Source: a virus. From it: a DNA stretch of 64,000 nt. Of this stretch, positions 31,526 through 41,500 are shown one piece after another. The stretch lies in the IMG/VR virus record IMGVR_UViG_3300046820_002568, positions 64,001 through 128,000 of that record; one strand, 5' to 3'. The stretch's first letter is position 1; each line of letters begins with the position of its first letter. A program made the translations under genes and the position numbers. Under the pieces are notes generated by a model, which was not told the origin of the DNA, did not search any database, and worked only from the letters and a program-made list of their open reading frames with translations.

Positions 31526-32101
31526 TTAGATTAAATCTTTTGACAAAATTTTGTTACTTTTTTTGATATTTTCTAACTTCCAAAGTGGTTGTAAATTAGT
31601 GTAGTAACATAATTTATACAACTCTTCTTCAGTTTTTGCGGATGATAAAGGTATTATGTGGTCTATATGCCAATCACTTCTGTTATCCCAAGTCATACCA
31701 TCAACGAATTGTTTTTCTAAATGTTCCCTTAATTGTAAGGGAGTACACCCCACAATGTCAAATGTTTTGTTTTTTTTGGTGATATCAAGTTTTTTTAAAT
31801 AAGACCATAATCTACTTCTCATTCCTGATAATAATTTAAATTCAGGTTCATCACTTTTTCTTTTTGTCCAATAACTATTATATTTTTCCCTATTATTTTC
31901 TATCCAAATTTTCTTTTTTCTTGATTGTTCTTCTTTGGTAGATTCATAATATTTTTTTGTTTGTTTTTTATACTCTTCCGGATTTTCTTCTCTCCATTTT
32001 TTCTTTTTTAAAAGATGACAAACTTTACAATTAGCGTGTTTTTTAAAAAATAAACTTTCGCATTTTTCTTCTCCACAATCTTTACAAACTTTGGTTTTCA
32101 T
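31526..32101 (-). CDS. Free-standing HNH homing-type endonuclease with N-terminal Zn finger (copy 1)
   Basis: CKDC...CKVC, basic helical repeats, GMTWDN, WHIDHIIPL...NLQPLW..ENIKKSN. Confidence 0.88.
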   Translation of the reverse strand: MKTKVCKDCGEEKCESLFFKKHANCKVCHLLKKKKWREENPEEYKKQTKKYYESTKEEQSRKKKIWIENNREKYNSYWTKRKSDEPEFKLLSGMRSRLWSYLKKLDITKKNKTFDIVGCTPLQLREHLEKQFVDGMTWDNRSDWHIDHIIPLSSAKTEEELYKLCYYTNLQPLWKLENIKKSNKILSKDLI

Positions 32102-32243
32102 TTTCTACATATTTCCTTAATAGTTTATTAACTAAAGACGAAAGATTAATTGATTTATATTTAAAATATTCAGGTAGGTCGGGGTCAATTGAAACCCCGA
32201 CTTTTACCTTCTTTAAATTTTCTACAATTTTCTTTCTTCCCAT
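32082..32243 (-). CDS. Small ribbon-helix-helix-like DNA-binding protein (53 aa) overlapping the HNH start
   Basis: Manual translation MGRKKIVENLKKVKVGVSIDPDLPEYFKYKSINLSSLVNKLLRKYVENENQSL; alternating KVKVGVSI strand then two helices (NLSSLVNKLL); TATTTAT 5 nt upstream; paralogue at 60784. Confidence 0.75.
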   Translation of the reverse strand: MGRKKIVENLKKVKVGVSIDPDLPEYFKYKSINLSSLVNKLLRKYVENENQSL

Positions 32244-32285
32244 TATTAATAAATATCTGAAAAAGTGGAAAAAATATAACTTTTA

Positions 32286-33269
32286 TTAGTCTTCGGAATC
32301 ATCTTGTGACTCATCCAAAGAATAGTTAGAATCTCCAAGCTTTTGAACCCAATAATCTGAGTAGTCTTTTTTATACTTTTCTAAAGCGTCTTTTGTGTCC
32401 GTAATATATCCATGCGGTACCGCAATAATCTTACCATCTTTATATCCAAGTCCATTTACGTGATTCTTTAAGATAGAAATTTTAGTCCTAATCGCAAAAG
32501 ATACTTTTCTACCATTTTTAGTGGCGTCAATATGGCTTATACCCGCCTTTTTTTGATTACCAAACAAAAATACTAAACTACTAGCCAACCAAATTGCCGT
32601 TCCACCCTTAGCTTGAATCTCGGGTTGTCCAAATGGATTATCAGGTAAAAGTACCCAAGGCTGATTTAAAACAACCAAAGTATTATAATATGGATAATCT
32701 TCTTTTTTTGATTTTGATATTCTTGAGTGTATCCCCATCCCTATTTTATCGGCAAGTACTTTTGCATTGTGCATGCCGCCGCCCTTACCATCAAATGTCA
32801 TTTGGCAAGGAATACTTCCAATACTATCCCACAAAAATAAAATATTATATGGGATGTCACCCTTTTCTTGAGCGTCCAAAATTTGATTAATGAAATCTGT
32901 GGCTTGTTCAATAACATCAAATGAATCATTAAAAATGAACATCCCGTCATACTCTCCGAACTCATTTTTTTCAGCTTGTAGTCCTAGTTCAATAGCATGT
33001 TCCCAACTCCATTTTTTTTCTGTAATAATAAAAACAGGTAGGTGACCTTTTTTCTGAGCGTCAGCGGCTGCTAAAATCATGGCCGTTGTTTTAGATGTAT
33101 TAGAATGTCCTAAAAACATATTAATACCACCTAAAACAGGTCCAGGTAACCCACATGCGTCCATAAAAGATTCTCCACAACTATAAAAAGTTTCTGGCTT
33201 ATATTTTGTTTTGGTGGAGTACTTATCTTTTATAGAATCTAATGAAAATTCTTTTTTCTTGATTGCCAT
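32286..33269 (-). CDS. recA: RecA/UvsX-like recombinase
   Basis: MFLGHSNTSKT (variant Walker A), IITEKKW, FLWDSIGS (Walker B), VLNQ, KGG, KISILKNH. Confidence 0.85.
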   Translation of the reverse strand: MAIKKKEFSLDSIKDKYSTKTKYKPETFYSCGESFMDACGLPGPVLGGINMFLGHSNTSKTTAMILAAADAQKKGHLPVFIITEKKWSWEHAIELGLQAEKNEFGEYDGMFIFNDSFDVIEQATDFINQILDAQEKGDIPYNILFLWDSIGSIPCQMTFDGKGGGMHNAKVLADKIGMGIHSRISKSKKEDYPYYNTLVVLNQPWVLLPDNPFGQPEIQAKGGTAIWLASSLVFLFGNQKKAGISHIDATKNGRKVSFAIRTKISILKNHVNGLGYKDGKIIAVPHGYITDTKDALEKYKKDYSDYWVQKLGDSNYSLDESQDDSED

Positions 33270-33397
33270 TATTTCTTTATTTTATTTAATAAATTAGTAG
33301 ACCAAAGTATTAATATATAGATACAGGATATAGTAAAATACTTTAATTTCTTTATCCAAATCTTCATATATTAAAATTAAATTATCTACAAATTAAA

Positions 33398-33622
33398 TTA
33401 GTTGTATTTTACAATTTGTTGCAATGCTTCGCTTTTATCTTTTGCGTTTGCATATTTTTCAACCATTTTATCCATTTCTTCCAAGTGTTGTGGGTGTTCT
33501 CCAATTCCAACAGGATTATTAAAATATACCAAAAGTGTTGCCTCAGCTTCATTCATTTCAGAAGCATATTTGCTCATAAGAGCATCATAAAGTTTTTTTG
33601 AGATTTTTTCTTGAGTTGTCAT
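33398..33622 (-). CDS. Small hypothetical phage protein (NPVGIGEHP motif)
   Basis: Helical 74-aa ORF. ATG 33622 preferred because the longer start lies inside the upstream terminator. Confidence 0.65.
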   Translation of the reverse strand: MTTQEKISKKLYDALMSKYASEMNEAEATLLVYFNNPVGIGEHPQHLEEMDKMVEKYANAKDKSEALQQIVKYN

Positions 33623-33638
33623 TTTATAGTAGTATAAA

Positions 33639-33664
33639 GGCCACCCCATATTTCAGGGGTAGCC
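33639..33664 (-). terminator. Intrinsic terminator after the SSB gene
   Basis: GGCTACCCC-TGAAATAT-GGGGTGGCC followed by TTTAT on the minus strand. Confidence 0.65.
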
Positions 33665-33684
33665 AAGTTAATATTAAATTTTAA

Positions 33685-34518
33685 TTAGAAGGGAAGGTCA
33701 CCATCAGGTTCGTCTCCGGCTTGTGGGTCAGAAATTGTTCCACCCATAGTCATTTCACCTGATTCATCACCGTAAACATATTTACCAAGTTCAGAAGACC
33801 ATCTTGGAGTTTCACCACGAGCAATTGCCTCCAAGTATTCTACAGGCTTTTTAGAATAAACATCTTTCCAAGTCAGTTCATCTTTAACCCAAGAGTCCAT
33901 AGTTTCTTTGTCTTCGTGAAGTGGGGTTGGGTCATCATACATTACAGTTTGGATAACTGTGTACTCAATACCTTTTGGAGTCTTTGCCTTTGTGAGTTCC
34001 AAAATCAAATCTCGTCCTTTTTCAGGGTCAGTGATATCACCTTTGGCTCTCCAAATCGGAATGATTTTGTCAAGGATACCTTCGTTCTTGTAGTTGTGTT
34101 TAAAACGCCAGAACTTAACTCCGTCCTCAGGTGCGTCTTTGTCAATTACTTTAACAATGTAGAATTTACGAGCCTTATATTGTTTTGCAAGTTCCTTATC
34201 AGAAGCCTTACCTGTCATCATAAGTTCATCGTGAATCTCATTAAGTGGTGAACGCTCGTTGTCGTTTTTACCTGGGTCATAGATTTTATTCCATTTTCCA
34301 GCCACTTGTACTTCGTGAAACCATACTTCTTTAAACGGAGATGAGCCGTCAGTGGTTGGTAGGACTCGAAGTCGCTTTTGCCCTGTTGATTTTCCTTGTG
34401 GTAGAATTGCCGCGAAGTACTTCTTCATTCGGTCTTCTTGTGAGATTTTACTACCACCTGTGTTTGATTTCGCTTTTTCATACTGAGCGAGAACAGCATC
34501 TAAAGAATTTGTCGCCAT
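33685..34518 (-). CDS. Single-stranded DNA-binding protein (T4 gp32-like)
   Basis: KRLRVLP..PFKEVWFH, FYIVKVID, DPEKGRDLIL, acidic C-terminus DEPDGDLPF; next to the recombinase. Confidence 0.75.
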   Translation of the reverse strand: MATNSLDAVLAQYEKAKSNTGGSKISQEDRMKKYFAAILPQGKSTGQKRLRVLPTTDGSSPFKEVWFHEVQVAGKWNKIYDPGKNDNERSPLNEIHDELMMTGKASDKELAKQYKARKFYIVKVIDKDAPEDGVKFWRFKHNYKNEGILDKIIPIWRAKGDITDPEKGRDLILELTKAKTPKGIEYTVIQTVMYDDPTPLHEDKETMDSWVKDELTWKDVYSKKPVEYLEAIARGETPRWSSELGKYVYGDESGEMTMGGTISDPQAGDEPDGDLPF

Positions 34519-34543
34519 AAAATATAATTTAAAAGTTAATAAA

Positions 34544-34575
34544 CAAAAGTAAGTGTGTCAGCCTTAAAAGTCAAA
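34544..34575 (-). promoter_or_regulatory. Bacteroidota-type primary sigma promoter (TTTG-N20-TAnnTTTG) upstream of SSB
   Basis: Minus strand TTTG-acttttaaggctgacacact-TACTTTTG, 25 nt before the SSB ATG. Confidence 0.6.
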
Positions 34576-34586
34576 TATCGTATCTA

Positions 34587-35243
34587 TTAATACTTAATTT
34601 CTTTAAAATCTCCCTCTTCTCCGTAGTTGTTAAAAGTTCCTTTAATTTCTGCCGGAGTATAATCCTCAACCTCATCTGTAGTTAAAACATATTCATTTTT
34701 TCCTGATTTTTCCATATCAGATTGTTTGTCAGTAAAAAAATCAGTAAGTTTTTGATTAAACGGACCCGAGTCAATACTTCTTAATTCAAGTTTTTCTTCA
34801 GGTGTCTTTGGTCTGTATTTTTCAATTTTAGCCTCAAGCTCATTAAGTTTTGACATAACATTATCCATCTCTGAAAGTTTTTGTTCCAAATTAGATAGCT
34901 GTCCAAATAAATTGTTAAAATATTCTTCTTGTTTTGACTCAATGTTTTGTTGTGATTTAACAAGGTCGGTGATTTCTAACTCTTCTGTAGAATCTTCCTC
35001 TTCCCCAATTTTTTCAACATCAGGGTCTGCCGCAACATCCACAGGTTGTGGGCTATCATCCGATGCCGGAGTTGGTGTTACGCCTGGCTCGGCAGGTGGA
35101 GCCCCTTCAGGTGCCGGTGGTACATCACCACCAGGTGTTGGTAATTCCTCAGCTGGAGGTAATTCAGCCTCCTGCTCAGATATATAATTATTAATTTTAT
35201 TATATCTATTAAGTTCTTCAAGAATTGTGTTAGAAATGTCCAT
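34587..35243 (-). CDS. Acidic, Pro-rich coiled-coil protein (possible head-internal protein)
   Basis: ILEELNRY..ISEQ leader, PPAEE/PPAPE low-complexity region, heptad coiled coil. Confidence 0.6.
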   Translation of the reverse strand: MDISNTILEELNRYNKINNYISEQEAELPPAEELPTPGGDVPPAPEGAPPAEPGVTPTPASDDSPQPVDVAADPDVEKIGEEEDSTEELEITDLVKSQQNIESKQEEYFNNLFGQLSNLEQKLSEMDNVMSKLNELEAKIEKYRPKTPEEKLELRSIDSGPFNQKLTDFFTDKQSDMEKSGKNEYVLTTDEVEDYTPAEIKGTFNNYGEEGDFKEIKY

Positions 35244-35247
35244 TTAA

Positions 35248-35472
35248 TTATCCGTTTAAAAGTTGCTTTATACCTGATTTGGTTTCAACATTGATTTTTC
35301 TATTTGAATTGTAGGTGTTGTCCACTCTTTCAATCAGACCATCTTTCATTCTAATTGTGTAGCAATCGCCAGTATCCAAATCACAAACTTCTTTAAATCC
35401 GTTACCGGCATCTCTTTCTGTAATTCTTGTTTGACGACCTAAGTAGTTGTCTAAGATTTGTTTTACATCCAT
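35248..35472 (-). CDS. Hypothetical protein
   Basis: 74-aa ORF (EVCDLDTGDCY) with a TATTTAT motif upstream. Confidence 0.65.
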   Translation of the reverse strand: MDVKQILDNYLGRQTRITERDAGNGFKEVCDLDTGDCYTIRMKDGLIERVDNTYNSNRKINVETKSGIKQLLNG

Positions 35473-35512
35473 AGTATTAATTTATATATAAATATAGTGT
35501 TTATGAATAAAA

Positions 35513-38500
35513 TTAACCAGTTAATCTTGCTTTAACTAAATTGTAGGATTCTCTTACCTTTCTTTCCAATTCATTATATTCACTTGGATTTGTTGTTTTA
35601 AATGTGTCATATAAATTTGTAGTAGTACTTGTTTTATCGTATGGGAATTTTTCAATCCAAGTTCTTGTAAATCCACTTACAAATATATTTTCCGCGGATA
35701 CATTATTTGCCGAATCTTGGAATACATTTTTATATTTGCTATGTGTAAATTCTATACAATTATCCAAAGTTGGGAAAGTCGCATAAGATTCGGTTTCATT
35801 TGACGGTCCATTTATACACATATATTCTTTATTGAAGAATTTACTCAGGTCTCCTCCCCATTTTGGTGTACCTGGAGAAATTGGTATTAGTGGAACATTA
35901 TTACCATAATATTCAAAAGATGTTCCTTTATAGGATTTGATATAGAATAAAGTATGAACAATATAAGTCATTGAATCTCCTGTGTTACTTCCAAAATTAA
36001 GTTCTCTTACCTTGGTTAATATTGAATCAAACATATTCCTAACTGGCGTCTGACTACTAACAGGAGTTGTAACGGCTGAATATGAAGCATAACTAACTCC
36101 TACTGTACAAATTGGATTTGCCGTAGGTGAGTAATTTGGGCTAATTGCATTTGCAACATTACTTCTAGCCTGAATAGTATTTGTCTCAAGTCGTTTTTGA
36201 TTTTCTCTCTTAGTTGTTAAGTTATTAATTAACTTAGTTACAAACTGACTTTTAATTGTTTCTAATAATTTGTTTTCGACCGGAGGGGTATAAGTTTTTT
36301 GTCTAGTTCCAACAACTTTAGTTGTAAAACTACCATTTGTTATTACATGTTCAACCTCAGTAACTAAATATGGTCCGGCAAATAATGGCATATGTTTTAT
36401 GATTATATACATCATTGGTTGAATCATCATGTTACCCATCATGGTAATTGTTGATTTATATGCCCTTGTTTTGTATATCTTTAACAAACTAACACTTTGT
36501 GTCAAAGTATTTGTACCTCTCATAACATTTCCAAGTTCATAATCAGCTTTTAATGATTCAGAAGTTGCTTTACCCAAATCTTGGGATACTTGTATTGTTT
36601 GAAATATTCCTTGATTTTGGACTCCAAAATCGGCAACAATTCCTACTGGTTTATTAGACAAAGACCAATCATTTTTACTTTCCTTTAACGATAAATTCTC
36701 AACTACCGGATTGTTTGTTGGTTGCTCAAAGTTCCAACTATCATCATTAAATCCATTTTTAATATTAACAACATTAAGTTGTTCAGAACTAGTTTCGGCA
36801 TAATAACAAACCAATTTTGTTTTAGATTGCGAATAATCCACTTCGGTAAAAGTTCCAAACATAGAATTAGCAAAAGATTCTTCATTTTCATCGTTTCTAG
36901 AATCCCCAGCATTTGGAGCTCCATAAAAATTTAAATAACTAGGTAAATTGTATGGAACAAAGTGATGGTCTCTAACAATTTTATCAGTAAGATTATGAAT
37001 TGTCATTTTAGGATTATCTTTTAACAATGAAATTATCGAGAAGATATCGACAATAACTTTACCTCCTAAATTCTTACTACCTCTATCCAACAAAAGTATG
37101 TCTTCAAACATGGTTTCTTTGTTGTAGTTATTTGCAGCAACCCATTTATCGTTAAGTGCCTTAAACAAATAGTAATATTCAAATTTAGTAGTTTCGCCAG
37201 TTGTTTTTGAGTTATCCTCATTTGTTGTAGTATTTTTAACAGTCTGAAGTGAGTATTGTAATTTAGTATACATTCCATCAAATACTAAATCTCTAAAGCT
37301 ATTCATTTCATCAATGAATTGGGTCATAATAACTGCAAATCTTTCTTTGTTAGTTACATTACCAAGATACTTTTGGGTCGCATAGATTTTAATTACATTG
37401 GCAAATCTTATAATATTTTCAGAATTAAATGCAATATTCATATCTGGAAAAAAGTCAGTAATTACTGAACTGTCTCCATAATATCCAACCCCACTTAATG
37501 AGGAGAATCCAACATATGTTTGTAATGTTACCCAAGCCTCAGGATAATCTAATTGTGATTGTAAAAACGATTGTGTGTTTCCCGAATAAGGAACTGAATC
37601 CGGTGTATTGTCTGTATAATTTAAAACACCATCATCAACACCTTTTAGCGGGTTGGTTGAAAAATAACTAAAAGTTCTATAATCAAAATTAGTTGGATTA
37701 CCCTTTTGATATAAAATATTTTCATTTATATAAGTGTTAATGTTAGAATTAAAATTAACTTGTTGTGTCTTTTGAAATTTCTCCAATAATTTATTTGGGT
37801 CGGTATCATTAAAATCATCAAAACTAACTTGGATAGAATTTTTTATAATCGACTGAATGTTAAATTTAGAAGTAGTTCTTTGTTCTGATTGACAAAAATT
37901 TAAAAATTCGTTTTCAAATAAAGATAATTCTTCATAGGTAAATACACCAAATAAATCTTCAACATAGTCGAGTTGTCCGCTTTCATTACTTGAGTTTAAA
38001 AATAAATTCCAAGCCCATTCATTATTTCTTGTCCAAGAAATATATTGGTCAGGTGGACTAAATCTATTTATTGTTGGCATGTAACCAAAATGAGTTCCAC
38101 CCCATAAGAATCTGACAGACCCATTAAACACATATTGATTTCCGACTATTGGTGTAGTTAAAACTCCTTGGGAAATACACTCGCTTTTTACTTGGCTATA
38201 TTGTGAGCCAAACGAAGGTGCCGAATAATAATAATTTAAGTTATTACCATCAGTTATAGGATTAATATTTTTAAATAAAACACTAAAAGTCGAATACAAA
38301 AGCAAATTGTTTGGGTTATTTGGGTCATATCCGGTTTCTGTACTAAATTGTGAGTTTCTATTTGAAATCAGTTTTAAGTTTCCACTGTCTATCTCTAATT
38401 GTATTCCTTCTTGGATGGTCGCATCGTTACTATAAAGATTTCTACCATTCAAAAAATAAAAAAAGTCATTTAGTATCCTTGGGTAAAATCCAACATTAAT

Positions 38501-41500
38501 TATATCATTATTAAGTAAATTAGTATCAACTTCTGTTGCCGACAATTTGATTGTAAAGTTTTCAGTGGTTGATGTAAATTTATACATTCTTGCTGGGTCT
38601 GAATTCTGAGGGTCATAGTTTGAGTTTTGGTCAAAATCTCCAACCACATCACTTAGAATGTCCACATTATTTTCAATCCAAACTTTATATCTATGCCAAA
38701 TACTTCCTATTTTGGCAGCCCACATTTTTGGTATATTGTGAACCGCCCCATATTTTTTAAAAGTTGATGCAATATAACTATTTGTGGTATCGTCAGAATT
38801 TCTGTAGGGCCATTTTAAATTAGTTAAAGGTAAACTATTTAAAAACAAATAACCCGCTTGGACATAAGGACTTGGTGAATTGTTTTTATCATTTTGTACT
38901 CCATTTTGTATAGCCCTTATAAAAGATGGAGTATTCAACATAGAAGTGGTAATTGATTTGGTATCAACTTCACTTGTATAAAATGTAACTCTTCCCTCAG
39001 TATATGATGATTTTTTTGGTTCAGATACTCGTTCACTAAAAAAACCAGCCATATTAGTTTTAACTTTTTCTTCATAAGGAATTACTGAACTTGTACTTAC
39101 AAAGTAATTAAATGGTCTATTCTTGTCATTATCCCCCCTTCCGTCTAATGCAAAATCTGAAGTATAATTTACAAGTTTTTTTGTTTTTTTATTATAAAAA
39201 AGTGATTTTTCAGTTCTAAAAACTTTGTCAATAGTGTAGTTATTATTACCCTGGAAGAGTTGGTCTTTATTCCATTTTTCCGATGCAAAAGGTAATATAT
39301 CTGTAAAATATAAAGAATTTTTATCTGTAGATTTTAAATACTTATTAATTGTGTCCTCGACTTCAGATGGTTTAGTTTCTGTAATAATAGAAGCAACAAT
39401 TTCTGGTAATTCTTGTGAAAGAAATTTGGAATTATTATTTAAATCATTTTTTAAATAACTTGTAGTGTAAATTCCTCTTGATAACAATTCGTATGACTTT
39501 GGTGTGTTCTGAGATAAAAATTCTAAGAAATTATCAGGAGTAAATTTATACTCCTTTAAAAAATCAATCAATTCAGGACTATTGGTTCCGATTGCTGTTT
39601 TTATATTACTAGCCTCAAACGCTTCTAAAAAATTAAGGATGTCTCCATACTTGCTTAATCTTGAGAACCCTTGATAATGGCAGATTGCTTGTACTCTTTC
39701 CCACATTTCGTATAGAAAAGGGGTTTGTTGTAAAAAAGAATATGAAATATTGCTTGGGGTATCGAATGCTGAAATTAATAGCCTTTTTATTGAATTCGCA
39801 TCACTAACTGCATTACTTGAGTTAACATTTTTGGGTAACCTTTCTAAATAAGCCTTTTGAAATTCTTCAACAAACTCTACTTCAGGCCAAGATTCATAAT
39901 CATCAGCACCTGTTTCATTAATATAATCAGGGTCACCAGGATATCTTAAATCATATTTTGGTTCACCTTCGACTAATATTTGTTTATCATACTCAGGCCA
40001 TGGATAAACTGGTGAATCAGGTTCTTGTTTAACATCAGTTATTACCGCTTGTTTTTTCTTAGAATTATTTCTAGCCTCAAAAGCCCTTTTATGAACTTTA
40101 TCTAACATTCTTAAAAACGCATCAGTTGATGCGTAAATTACTGCCAAAATATTTCTAATATTGGGCTCAAAACCAATACCTTTATCAGATTTAATAATCT
40201 CATTAATCTGAGCAGTAATATTTCTTTCTATATCTTCTGATTGTACAGTTAAACTTTTTTTAATTTTATTAATTTCATCTAAAAAAAAACCATCCCCATC
40301 AAATCTAAATAGAAAAGGAATTTCAACAGGATTTTTTGGTGGTTCAGATTTACTTCTGAGTTCCTCAATTTGTCTTCTAGTTTCATCCAAACTTCTTAAC
40401 TCAGTTGCAATTATATTCAATTGAGAGTTAGTTGGTGATTTCGTTGCGAACCTTTCCTTGGCGGTTTCTAAAATATCAATAGTTCCAGGATTTGGTAAAT
40501 AATAAGGTGTTGCAGCAATTGATGAAAATTTTATGTTGACGGGTATTTGTCTATCCCCATTACTTTTTGTACCAAATGTAGGTGCCTCATCTAAAGTTTT
40601 ATTGTTATCGTCAATTAAAGTTTTTAACTTATTTATCGCATCGTCAAATTTTAAATTATCAAATATATTTTTAGTATATGTATAGACCTTATATCGATTA
40701 CCTTTATCTAAAATTACATAATATTTTTTAGTATCAAGGTACTCTTCTTTCCACGATAATGGGTTTTTTGAGAAGAAAATATTTTGAGCGTAATTTGTCA
40801 AAAGATTATCAAATTCCTTAGCGTCGGTAATTGGTTTTGTTGATACTTGTCCTAATAATTCTTGGTAGTTTTTTTCAAAATTTTGTAGTCTTGACACCAA
40901 CTCATTAATTGTCAGGTTGGGAAAACTTTGTTCAACTAACCCTAATTCTTTATATTTTGAATAAACCTGATTAATCGTATCCCTACCTTCTGTCCCAAAT
41001 GAAGATTCAATTCTAACATCATTTCCATTTAATTGGTCAACCGATGCCTGCTCAGGTCCATTTGGGTCGACTTGAACGCTTTGGTTAAGTTGTCTTTGAT
41101 ACATAAATGGAACTGACATTAAATAACCTAAGGTAATGTCATTTAATGCATTAAATTTATATCCAATAAATGAAAGATTAATTATGAAATTACCTGATGT
41201 TTGGTCTAATGATGCTAAAAATTTTTGTAGTATTAGTGGCATTCTAATAGCCTTCCCATAATAACCTTTTAAAGTTAAATAAAAAGTAGGATATGGAAGA
41301 TTAAAAAATGCCGAGTATACTGATTCGTCTCCCGACTCAAACAAAGCCCTACCTTTAATATCTTCTAATGTTATATTAACTTGGGGTGTGAAATCTTGAG
41401 AGGCTCTATAAGTAATATTCGTAATACCAAGTAATTCACTATTAACTGTATTTGGATTAGAGTATTCACTCTGTAATTCTGTCCAATTAGTTGTTAGATA

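Noticed and set aside
31521-32285. Group I intron or intein hosting the HNH
   Set aside because: Flanking recA and exonuclease genes are complete and there is no non-coding space for a ribozyme core; nrdA, helicase and recA have normal lengths without intein motifs.
33305-33344. Imperfect AAAGTATT...AATACTTT inverted repeat upstream of recA
   Set aside because: AT-only stem with a long spacer; cannot be distinguished from chance.
33623-33649. Extended start MGWPLYYYK for the 33398 ORF
   Set aside because: It lies within the terminator hairpin; ATG 33622 with an A-rich leader is more plausible.
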